A DNA stretch of 64,000 bases from Octopus sinensis (lineage: Eukaryota): positions 72,292,001 to 72,356,000 of the forward strand of contig NC_043007.1 of the NCBI RefSeq assembly GCF_006345805.1, given 5' to 3'. The notes beneath the pieces are model-generated. The model was not told the origin of the DNA. It did no database searches and worked only from the letters and a program-made list of their open reading frames with translations. Each line of letters begins with the position of its first letter. The first letter of the stretch is position 1. Shown here in pieces: positions 22,383-32,790 of the stretch. Both the position numbers and the translations under genes were made by a program.

Positions 22383-23847
22383 CCGGTTACCCAGAGTGCA
22401 ATTGGTTTGTCGTTTGTTGCGAGTCGAACGGTTTTCCTTTGCTGCTTTGAGGTTAGTAATGTACTCGGACCTTAGCGGGTCTGAGCTGTCTTCTTCAGAG
22501 GAGGAGCTGCTGAGAGCAGTAGAAGGCATGGATGAATATTTGACGAAATCGAAGAGTTTCGCAGAGGCTGTGGAGGTGAAGAGAAAAGAGGTGGATTTAT
22601 CAAGAATGAAGGAGCATGGAAAACTGGTGCAGAAAGTGGGTGGCAACGTGACGTTGTCACCCCCACAAAGAATAATGGATGGCATGAACAGAAGAACGGT
22701 CATATACAAAGTTTACTCGATAAAGAGTAAGACGGTCGACCTAATAGAAATAGAGAACATAGAAAAGGCAGTAAAGGAGGAATCCAACGGAGTAATATAT
22801 ATGACAAGAGGATGCCAATATGGGATAATGGTAGTCCAGTTTAGAACAAAGGAGGAGGCAAAGAGGCTGGCGAGTAAAACAGTAAAGACGAAGGAAATGG
22901 TCCTTCTACCAACGTATTTTGGAAGAAGGACTTCCAAGATAAGGGTAGAAGGAATTCCGCCTGATATAAATGTGGCTTGGGTAGCGGCAGCTGTCCTTGT
23001 TGGAACCGAGGGGAAAGTGGCTGTCCTCCAAGCCACAGAAGCAGAAGAAGGAGGGTGGAAAGGAAGGACGCTCGAGTTAATTATTCAGACGGAGGAGGAA
23101 CAACTCGAGAACTCGGCAGAGACTGTGACGCTGGGGGAAATCGTGCTGAGGGTGTGGGTAGAGGGCAGACTACCACGTTGTTTTAAATGTGGCCAAAAGG
23201 GCCACATTAGAGCATACTGCCCTCTACGAAGGACTATGGCTGAGGATATAGTTGCGGAGACAGAAGAGAAAAGAGAGGAAGACAAAATAGACGGAGGAAA
23301 CAATAAAAAGGAGGAAGAATGGAAAATTGCAGAGCACAAAAGGAGAAAGAGGAAAAAAAGAAAAGACACTGAGTATGATGTGACACCCCAGTCCAACCCC
23401 ATCCCACCCAAGACCACTCAGACCCACCCTCCCCATACAGACACCAAACCCACCCACGTTATTTCCCCTCAAGAAAAAAAGAAAAAGAAAGAACAGACAC
23501 CACAAAATTTAGAAGACCCCACCTCCCGGTGAAAAAGGTTATGAATGCATGACGGAGAGAATGTTATCATTAAGTGACAGCAAAAAGGGAAAAAGGATTG
23601 GACGAAAAGAGAAAAAGGACTCAGGATCCAGAGACAGCGAGTTGTATTACTCAGTGTGGGTTGAGTAGCACACTCTTCATAATATCATTTTCAGATATCA
23701 TTCATATTATCATATTTTAATTTGTTCTTCATGTGCATTTTCATATTCATTCATTATATCATATTTTATTTTTTAATTGTTATATGTCCCGACATGTGTT
23801 GTAGTGTCCCCTCTGTGTATTGCCTTTATGGCAAATTTAATAAAATA
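22383..23847 (+). mobile_element. E2: ORF1-only (HAL1-like) Tx1-type non-autonomous retroelement
   Basis: 13-bp TSD AAGTAGCTTGCTT at 22370-22382 and 23848-23860; single ORF; 3' UTR resembles that of LINE 3776-4315; ends ..TGTCCCCTCTGTGTATTGCCTTTATGGCAAATTTAATAAAATA. Confidence 0.9.
22459..23532 (+). CDS. E2 ORF1, Tx1-like gag-type nucleic-acid-binding protein (357 aa from the first ATG)
   Basis: Uninterrupted frame: acidic/coiled-coil-like N-terminus, RRM-like YGIMVVQFRTKEEAKRLAS, KIRVEGIPP, CCHC knuckle EGRLPRCFKCGQKGHIRAYCP, basic low-complexity tail. Another frame stays open to about 23667, so the native C-terminus may be longer. Confidence 0.85.
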   Translation: MYSDLSGSELSSSEEELLRAVEGMDEYLTKSKSFAEAVEVKRKEVDLSRMKEHGKLVQKVGGNVTLSPPQRIMDGMNRRTVIYKVYSIKSKTVDLIEIENIEKAVKEESNGVIYMTRGCQYGIMVVQFRTKEEAKRLASKTVKTKEMVLLPTYFGRRTSKIRVEGIPPDINVAWVAAAVLVGTEGKVAVLQATEAEEGGWKGRTLELIIQTEEEQLENSAETVTLGEIVLRVWVEGRLPRCFKCGQKGHIRAYCPLRRTMAEDIVAETEEKREEDKIDGGNNKKEEEWKIAEHKRRKRKKRKDTEYDVTPQSNPIPPKTTQTHPPHTDTKPTHVISPQEKKKKKEQTPQNLEDPTSR

Positions 23848-23864
23848 AAGTAGCTTGCTTACCA

Positions 23865-25782
23865 CGCATGCGTGAGTTTGTCAGTCACTTACGAGAGTGA
23901 ACACTGTCAAGACGTGCTTGGAAGCTATCTTGAATTAAAGAACTGTTGAAGATGCGACTGCAAGGTAGGCATCTGTCTTCTTAGGGATTTGGTGGGGAAT
24001 TTTAATTTTTTTTATATTGTTTTTTTTTTTCTCGAATAAGAAATCCCTACTGGGTCCTAAACATTTGACTGCTGTGGTCGTGTCGAGTGATTCACTTAGC
24101 TGTGAGAATTGTTGTTTTGGTGGGCGTATCTCAATACCAAAATTTGGAAAATTTATAAATTCATGGAGCAATTTTTGTGTGCTGCGACAGTGAACTGGAG
24201 TACCGGTATAATTGTGTATTACCTGAGTGGCGGAATTGTGTTGCCGTGAATTGAACTGTCTTCTTTCGTTCCTTTTCTCTGCTCTATCTTTCTGTTCTTT
24301 TTTGTGTTTTTATTGGACTTTTTATTTGGAACATTTTGGATTTTGTGTTGAACATTTTTCTTTATTTTTCTTTTGCAAGCATGGCAAATATTGGAGTGGC
24401 AAATTGTGGCCCCCAAGCAGTGGGGAAAAAAACTTTAATGAGAGAACAGTGGTGTTGAGGACATATTCTAAGTCTTTCGACACCATCACTGTGTTCTCTC
24501 AGGCAGATATTGAAAAGGAGTTGGCAGAATATCTTCCAACTAAGTTTATTGTAAGGGGTGTCAAATATGCGACGGTGTGGTTGCTGTTTGACACCCCTGG
24601 GGAGGCTCGAGATTTTGCGAGCCAACCCTTGGAAGGGGAGAAAATTCTGTTTCTCCCCAAATATAGTGGGAGGAAATTGACAAGAGCTTGGGTGTGTGGG
24701 CTGCCGCCCGAAATAGAGCCCGAATTGATAGCAGACACTATCCGTCGGGGTCGGGGTGGCAGCAGAGCGAAGCTTTTAAATGTCAAAATTCTGCCTGCAG
24801 CTGATTGGGTGGGGTTCAAAAGCAGTTTTGACCCTGTAGACCCAATCAGCCGATAATCTGGTTTTTCCAGATTTTTTTAGGATGGCCGGGTGCATGTGCC
24901 CGATGATTCTTGAGGGTCGCCCCCCAGGTGTCATCGGTGCCTGGAGCCTGGCGAAATAAATTAAAACTATCCTCAGGAACAAAGCAAAGTCCTGGAGCAG
25001 TTGATGGAGACTTCTGTAGAAGAAGGAACGAAGGCGGCCGAGGGGGCGAAGTACTCTCCAAAGAAGGACCGCAAGAGGAAGAAGTTAAGCAATAATGGGT
25101 GCTCACCGAAGGATCCTAGGGATGAGGGAGGAGAGGCGAATCTTCCGGTTACGGAGGAGACGCACCCTCCCCCAGTTGAGAAGAAAAAATGAGGAAGAGG
25201 AAGAAAAATGGGGCATTGCCGGCAGTCGGTGACATAGTACCGGAATGTCCCGGAAAAGGAAGAGACACCGTTGGCGGGAATTGTGCTGCCAACGGTAGAA
25301 TTGACTACCTCGACCCCGGAGGAAGACAAATTATTGATCTTCTCCTACAGAGGTGGAGAGGCGGAAAATGTGGTGGAAAATCACTATAAGGGAGTACCTT
25401 TGACTTTCACACGGGAACCCGAATGGCCTCCGCAGATAGCTGTGGAGACCATAACGTTGCCCGTGATGCGTAGGCTGCAGGGACTCAAAGAGGAATATCG
25501 CTTGTGGCCGGGCGACGCCGACTCGGAGCCCGCCTTGGTTTTAAACGAGGTGAGTGCAATGGCGGAGTATACGGGCACAAGTGATGTTGGGGAGGAAAAC
25601 TGACAAGAGGTTGAAAAGACTCAGTGTTATAATGTTTAAGTGTGTAAGAGGCTCAGCGCCTCAATTTGTAAATGGACTATTAAGTTCAATAATTGTAAAA
25701 CGGAAGTAAGAGGTTCAAGACCTCGGTTTGTTTTTTGTGTAAAAAAAATAATGTTCCAGAGAAGTAAAAAAATCGGCGGGCG
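23865..25782 (+). mobile_element. E3: degenerate ORF1-only element, same family as E1, 3' end deleted
   Basis: 5' UTR block GAACTGTCTTC.TTCGT.CCTTTTCTCTGCTCT.TCTTTCTGTTCT and 3' UTR block AGAGAAG..TCGGCGGGCG shared with E1; starts immediately after AAGTAGCTTGCTTACCA. Confidence 0.85.
24381..25603 (+). pseudogene. E3 ORF1 pseudogene
   Basis: TVVLRTYSKS, YATVWLLFDTP, AWVCGLPP, ILEGRPP, decayed knuckle CHRCLEPGEIN*NYP, C-terminal EPEWPPQIAVE. Several frameshifts and stops. Confidence 0.85.
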
Positions 25783-26030
25783 TAACTTAGCGGTTTGGCA
25801 AAAGAGACCGATAGAATAAGTACTAGGCTTACAAAGAAACGTCCTGGGGTCGATTTCCTCGACTAAATGCAGTGCTCCAGCATGGCCACAGTCAAATGAC
25901 TGAAACAAAGAGTAAAAGAATAACCCTAAATAAAAGGTGATTTTTACCCGTTCGCATACACCTAGATGTATTCATGTACACAAGTGTGAGTACATACATA
26001 CATACATACATACATACATACATACATACA

Positions 26031-26066
<36 letters not shown>

Positions 26067-26212
26067 TATATAGCGGTTCGGCAAAAGAGTGATAGAATAA
26101 GTACAAGGCTTACAAAGAATAAGTCTTGGGGTCGATTTGCTCGACTAAAGGCGGTGCTCCAGCATGGCCATAGTCAAATGACTGAAACAAGTAAAAGAGA
26201 AAAAGAGAAAAG

Positions 26213-26251
<39 letters not shown>

Positions 26252-27234
26252 TACAAACACATAATAAATATATAATATATGACATATAATATATCTATAT
26301 ATTATGTTACATATTATATATTTATTATATGTGTTTGTGTGTATGTATGTGTGTGTGTTGGTATGTAATATATGAACATAAATACGCATGCAAATATATA
26401 CACTAAAAAAGATATTGAAATGTATAAGAGTGTAAATCTATATAGAAAGATGAAATAGAGCTAAAGTAAAAAAAAAAGGAAGACTGAATAAGTGAGTGAG
26501 CAAGTGAATGGGTTTGAAGGAGTGAGTGAGTGTGATAACGATGAAGAGACGAAAAACAGACGAACACTTAACCCGATTCCCCTAACAACAATAACTCTAT
26601 AAAAATGTTATGCATTCATTGCTATATACAACGATTGCTCCCGAAAACAATTGCTAAATGTTTGTATAAACCTAGATTGAACGGAAGTATTATAGTAGTT
26701 TGACAGTTTATTTCCGGTGAGGCGAAAGTCGTTCCATTGTCAGCGCTGCCGCCATTGACAAAGCTACTGTCTCGTTTTGTGTCGCCGCTCGCACTGAAAG
26801 ACGACAATCAATTAGGTAGCATTAGACAGAATTGGACAAATAGAAGCCACTCATTGCTCTGCATGGCTGACTACCACCCAACCACAAGCTTAGCCTTCTC
26901 ACGCACTCAACCGGACAACCTTTGACTTATTCCTTTATACATACATACATACATACATACATACATACATACAAATGTGAATTTGTCTGTGTTAACTACA
27001 TCCCAAAGATGGAGCCTTGCTGGAAACTGGCTCCCTCCTCAGTGGAAGATTTATAATAATTAAAAACAAAATAGACATACACACAGACAAGCAGACTGAC
27101 ATACGCCCACACGTACATATACATACGTCTTTTTACAGATATACATGCACAAATAGACACACACACACTATCCATACATTATATATATTTTTTTCGATCG
27201 CATACCGAACACACGTGTTTATATACATACACTC

Positions 27235-27345
27235 GAAGCCTCGCCGAAGAGCTTTCAGATCAACTCCAACACCTGGGAAACGCAAGCTCAAGACTGTCTT
27301 GCCTGGCGAAGCTGCACCAACAGAAGTGCCACCTTTTCTATTCCT
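27235..27345 (+). mobile_element. RTE-clade LINE ORF2 C-terminal fragment
   Basis: Frame not in the ORF track gives KSFQINSNTWETQAQDCLAWRSCT, matching the RTE WExxAxDRxxWR motif. Confidence 0.6.
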
Positions 27346-27492
27346 TCTTGTTAAATGCTGGGTGTTCCGTAAGGTGATGGTTGAGGGGGTTGAGAGGAGG
27401 ACTCGCTATTTGCTCGTGACTAAAAAGCACCCAAAACAATGACTGAAAACAGTACGAGTTACAAAATCATATTTGCTTCCGAGTGACGGCTG

Positions 27493-27573
<81 letters not shown>

Positions 27574-27769
27574 CTGATACTTATTTTATCGACTCTGAAA
27601 GGATGAAAATCAAAGTGGACGTTGGCGAATTTTGAATGTATATATATAATATGTGTGTGTGTGTGTGTATATATGTATATATATAATATTATAAGTATGT
27701 ATATATGTATATATATATATGTATGTATGTATATTATATGTATGTATATTAAATGTATATATAATATAT

Positions 27770-28135
27770 GTATATATTATATGTATATATATATATATAT
27801 AATTAATAAATAAATAAAACATATGCATATATACATACATATATGTACGTACCTACCTCTACATGTATATATACATGCATATATGGGTACAGGACATACA
27901 TATATGTACGTACCTACCTCTACATGTATATATACATGCATATATGGGTACAGGACACCAAAAAAACGTCGAACACAATGAGAAACGAAAACATAAACAC
28001 AAAACCAAGGAAATGGACATTTTTTTAAACAACGAAAAAATAGAGTACAGGACATACAAAACAAGGAAAATTCCCCTTCTTCAGCCGCCTTTGTTTCATC
28101 TACTCCACGTTTCGAAGGTCAAGGCGATACATGAC
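27770..28135 (-). mobile_element. Repeat copy 2 (inverted partner of 21905-22190) with an internal tandem duplication of about 61 bp
   Basis: ATATGTACGTACCTACCTCTACATG..GGGTACAGGACA occurs at 27841 and 27902. Confidence 0.7.
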
Positions 28136-28424
28136 TTAATTGAAGCAATCCTTCCCGCGAAAATCAAATTAAATAAAATTTGAGATTTTTTTTGCGGAGG
28201 GGTAAAAATGGTAACAAAAACAGGACAGTAACGACAGTACAAAATATAAACAGTAAAAGACAGGGCAAGGAGAATAACAGTAACACAAACAAGAAGGGCT
28301 GTTAAGCCGAACGAGATAAAATTTTTTACGAACGCTATTTTTTGAGAACGGCCAAGGAGCAACAGAAAGTGCCGTCTCTACTTGAAGGCAGCCAGGACAG
28401 AAAGGCAGTAGATATATATACATT

Positions 28425-28660
28425 ACTTATAAACAAGGACAAAAGAAAAAAATTCTAATGCCAAATATGCCGAAAATCGACTTAAATCGTCAATAACCAT
28501 ATAATTCATCTCTATAAGTACGCATCTCGAAGTAAACCGACAGAAATTTCAAAAAATTTCGCGTGCTCGTAGTGATGAATTATATGGTTATTGACGATTT
28601 AAGTCGATTTTCAGCATATTTGGCATTAGAATTTTTTTTCTTTTGCCCTTGTTTATAAGT
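28425..28660. mobile_element. Fold-back/MITE-like element related to 13501-13950
   Basis: Inverted arms of about 90 bp (ACTTATAAACAAGG..AATCGACTTAAATCGTCAATAACCATATAATTCATC and its reverse complement); GCC.ATATGC.GAAAAT.GAC..TAAATCG motif shared with about 13520-13550. Confidence 0.8.
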
Positions 28661-28740
28661 TGTTTATATATTTAACCTTTAAAGGTATTTTTTAATATGC
28701 TGGCCATTGATAGAATTTTTTTCGAAAAATTTTATCCTAA

Positions 28741-28807
<67 letters not shown>

Positions 28808-28979
28808 GGTATGTATGTATATATTTATGTATATGTAAAAAAATACAAACTAGGACAAGAGAGCAAAACATTTAGAAGACGATACAAAAAACACGGACGG
28901 GACATTCGAAGCCTTCAATCTTCAGTCAAGAACCGGTTCATCCTAGCAATTTCGGCTGATGTATGTATGGACGTGAAGG

Positions 28980-29280
28980 GGCATGGCTCAGTGTTTAGAA
29001 CATCGAGCTTGCGATCGTGAGGTTGTGAGTTCGATTCCCGGACAGGTCTGCGTGTTGTATTCTTGAGCAAGACACTTTATTCACATTGCTCTAGTTAACT
29101 CAGCTGTAGAAATGAGTTGCGACATCACTGGTGCTAAGCTGTATCGGCTTTTGCCTATCCCTTGGATAACATCAGTGGCGTGGAGAGGGGAGGCTGGTAT
29201 GCATTGGCGACTACTGGCCTTCCATAAACAATCTTGCCCGAACTTGTGCCTTGGAGGGTAACTTTCTAGGTGCAATCTAG
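28980..29280 (+). mobile_element. tRNA-derived SINE family E
   Basis: GCATGGCTCAGTG..GAGTTCGATTCCCGGAC head; CAGCTGTAGAAATGAGTTGCGAC core shared with 47335-47675. Confidence 0.8.
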
Positions 29281-29325
29281 GTGCAATTTAGGGGTCCTAA
29301 ACAAAAGTATGTATCTCTCTCTGTC

Positions 29326-29395
<70 letters not shown>

Positions 29396-29404
29396 GATAT
29401 ATAT

Positions 29405-29444
<40 letters not shown>

Positions 29445-30030
29445 CTAGCTGACATACTCGGTAATTCCCGGGAAAGCGGGGTTTATCCTTCGGTTCCGTT
29501 GCCATAAGTGTTTCGCTAATCCAATAACAATACAAAGTATGTAGCCCTTAAAACGGTTTTTGTGCATTTATTGAGAATAACTAATTGTCTTACACAGGAT
29601 CTTGCTTTTAGGAATTTCCAATAAGTTATGAAATTGTGAAGTCAGTTATGAAATAACATGAAATTAGTTACCCGATAGTAAGAATTCAAATAAAGTAGCC
29701 CCGAAAAGGGATGTAATGCGTTCCCATTACACTCCCATTACACTCCTATAGAACATAGGAGTGAATATTAATAAGATATGTATACTAAAATTGTGAAGCA
29801 TGTTACGTAATAACAGGCTAAACTCTGAAAAAGGCTGTTGTGCGTTCTCAGAGAATATTACCTTCAGGGGAGCTAGTTTTGGTATATTTGTTACTAACCG
29901 AAATAAGTGGCTCTATTTTTTTAGGAAAGTACTATTTACTTGTTTAAGGGTTGTAGTGGAAAAATTGCGAAGACAACTCTAACAATTCAAATACTAAGAA
30001 ATAAACATACTCAATTTCATTTTTACCAAA
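29445..30030 (-). mobile_element. Non-autonomous Helitron-like element (3' end)
   Basis: Minus strand ends in a GC hairpin (29457-29472) followed by CTAG^T at 29445-29448; internal sequence repeated at 30870-31145 and 41750-42185. Confidence 0.55.
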
Positions 30031-30522
30031 TAATTTAGGAAAATGAAGGGGTTATTTCCCATGGCTATTTATAAGGATCCCTCCTATTATCGATTTTTTT
30101 TTCAACAATCTGCGTATGCCATGGGGCGTATTCGAACCCGTATGAAAGCCATTCACTGTGTTTTCTCATGGAGGAAACTTCTCGCTGTGGACAGATAGGT
30201 GTAAGCAAACCAAATCAATTCGCTGGTGGATACATGCATTTCAGAGTGGTTATCTCCTCTTCAGCACCAGGAGCTGGAAAAGCAGACGCTACTTATCGCT
30301 TTCATTCCATATAATTTATATGTGTGTGCGTGCGTGCACGTTGTGTGTGTGCAGTCAGCCTTAGCAAAGTGAATGATTTTCTTGAAGATCGTATTTACAT
30401 CCATGTGTATGATAGTATTGTTATTTAAACGTCTGGTCGAAGCATTCAGCGGAGTACAGGTCCTCATGTTTTCCACAAATGTGACATTAGAAAATAATGT
30501 TTGCTTCTTATTATTATTTGTG

Positions 30523-30586
<64 letters not shown>

Positions 30587-32555
30587 TGAATAATTACGAA
30601 GTGATTTGTTTTAATGAGTAGGATAAATTTTAATTAATCCATTTCAATATCTTACCGATGCTTTATTGAGATAAGCAAACAGTGCCTGCAGAAATTGCAT
30701 ACGTTGTAACCACCTCGCTTTTTCAAATTCAGCAGATCTTTCAGGTCCTTTACTAAGTGGGCTTCCAACATATTTTCCAGATCCCTCCCACCCATTATGC
30801 TTCAACGAAGCTGACTCCGTTTGTGGTATTCTTGTAGAAAAGACTTCTGCATTCAACTTCCACTTTGTAAAAGGGCTGTAATGCGTTCCCAGAGTATATA
30901 GAACATAGGAGGGAATACTAATAAGGTATGTATACTAAAATTGTGAAGCATGTTATGTAATAACAGGCTAAACTCTGAAAAAGGCTGTTGTGCGTTCTCA
31001 GAGAATATTACCTTCAGGGGCGCTAGTGTTGGTATATTTGTCACTAACCGAAATGAGTGGCTCTATTTTTTAGGAAAGTACTATTTACTTGTTTAAGGGT
31101 TGTAGTGGATAAATTGTGAAGACAACTCTAACAATTCAAATACTAGAAAAAAAAGTTCTTCCTGTCCATTCTTTTCGCACTCCCTATTCTCATCACTATA
31201 TATTCACGATCTCCAGGGTAAAAGTTCCTCCGAGTATTCCAACACAATAAGGCGAACCTTTCAGTTCTCTCAAATAGTGTGCTACATAGCTACCGCCTTC
31301 ACTCCTAAACTCTTCTATCGCTCCATCCTTCTCTCTCTACTTCGCTGTCCTGGAATCTATCCCAGTTTTTGAAAACACACGATACAGGGTGTCCGATCCC
31401 ATAGAAGCCAGCCTCTTTGACCCCGCTAAAAACCAATTATCGCTATCACTTTTAATGACTAAAATGAAACGAAAAAAAATTGTAAATAATCCCCTCCATT
31501 ATCATCTTGAGTGTCTCTCCCTCCTAATGGCTGCCTGTATGACTTTGGGAAGCCAGGTCACGTCAAACAATGGAAAAAAATATTTGTAAAAATGATACGC
31601 TAAACAAAATAGTACAAATCATATAAACCTATATGATACTGGGTGTTTTAGATATTTTTATGATGATTACTTTCAGTCAGTTATTGCGTCTAGGTTGTTA
31701 AATATTTTTGAACATTAGAAAAAGGTGTGTTATATGGAAAGTTATTCCACGTGTTTTCTTGAGTGAATTGGGTATTTTCGATTTAATAATTAACAAGTTA
31801 TTCCAGCTTGTCTTTAAGCGAGAGCTCGAAGGACGTTGATGTTGATCAAGGGGAAAGTTTTATTCTTATTATTTTCAGATTGGTGTTAGCTTTCCTCACT
31901 GCAGTACAATTTCTCGTTTTTAGAGCGAAAATAAATAAGTAAATAAAAATAAAGTGATAGGTCTTTTATCTTTTACTTGTTTCAATCATTTGACTACGGT
32001 CATGCTGGGGCACAACATTGAAGGGCTTTAGTCGAACGAATCGATCTCAGGGCTAATTTTTTTAAAGCCTAGTGAATATTCTGTCGGTTTCTTCTGCCGA
32101 ACCGTTAGATTACGGGACGTAAACACACCAACAACAGATGACAAGTGGTGGTAGTGGAACAGATACACACACACACACACACACACAACACACACACACA
32201 CACACGATTGGGCTTCTTTCAGCTTCCGTCTACCAAATCCATTTGGTCGGCCCGAGGCTATAGTAGAAGACACTTGCCCGAGGTGCCACGCAGTGGGACT
32301 AGAAACCAGAATCGTGTGGTTGAGATGCAAGCTTCTTACCACAAAGCCACGCCTGCGCCTATATCTTAATCTTAGATGTTCGGAAAAATATATATAGTAC
32401 TGCTAGTTCTAATTCTCTACATAAATTCTTTATGATTTTAAAGTGTATTCACAATAAGACAAATATCAGATGTTAAACAGATCCTCATTTGCAAGATTAG
32501 TTTGAAAATGAAGGTAGTTGTGTTAGCGTGTATGACATTCAGTATGATCACATGA

Positions 32556-32790
32556 AAGGCAGCGAGCTGGCAGAAACGTTAGCACGCCGGGCGAAATGCG
32601 TAGCTGTATTTTTCTGCCGTTACGTTCTGAGTTCAAATTCCGCCGAGGTCGACTTTACCTTTCATCCTTCCGGGGTCGATAAAGTAAGTACCAGTTACGC
32701 ACTGGGGTCGATGTAATCGACTTAATCCGTGTCTGTCCTTGTTTGTCCCCTCTGTGTTTAGCCGCTTGTGGGTAGTAAAGAAATAGATAT
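32556..32790 (+). mobile_element. SINE family B (tail type 1)
   Basis: Full length; TSD ATT(C/T)AGTATGATCACATGAA. Confidence 0.88.

Larger units (their letters stand above)
22348..25920 (+). mobile_element. SINE family A hosting E2 and E3
   Basis: Head CCGCAGGAGTGGCTGTGTGGTAAGTAGCTTGCTT at 22348-22382, repeated target at 23848-23864, SINE tail resumes at 25781 (CGTAACTTAGCGGTTTGGCAAAAGAGACC). Confidence 0.85.

Noticed and set aside
23955-24381. Putative 5' UTR intron in E3 (AAG^GTAGG ... TTTTGCAAG^CATG); E1 has a similar CAG^GTAGG
   Set aside because: E1 lacks an AG acceptor before its ATG, so conservation is incomplete.
31383-31394. TA-CAGGGTGTCC Tc1/mariner-like terminus
   Set aside because: No matching inverted end or transposase sequence found.
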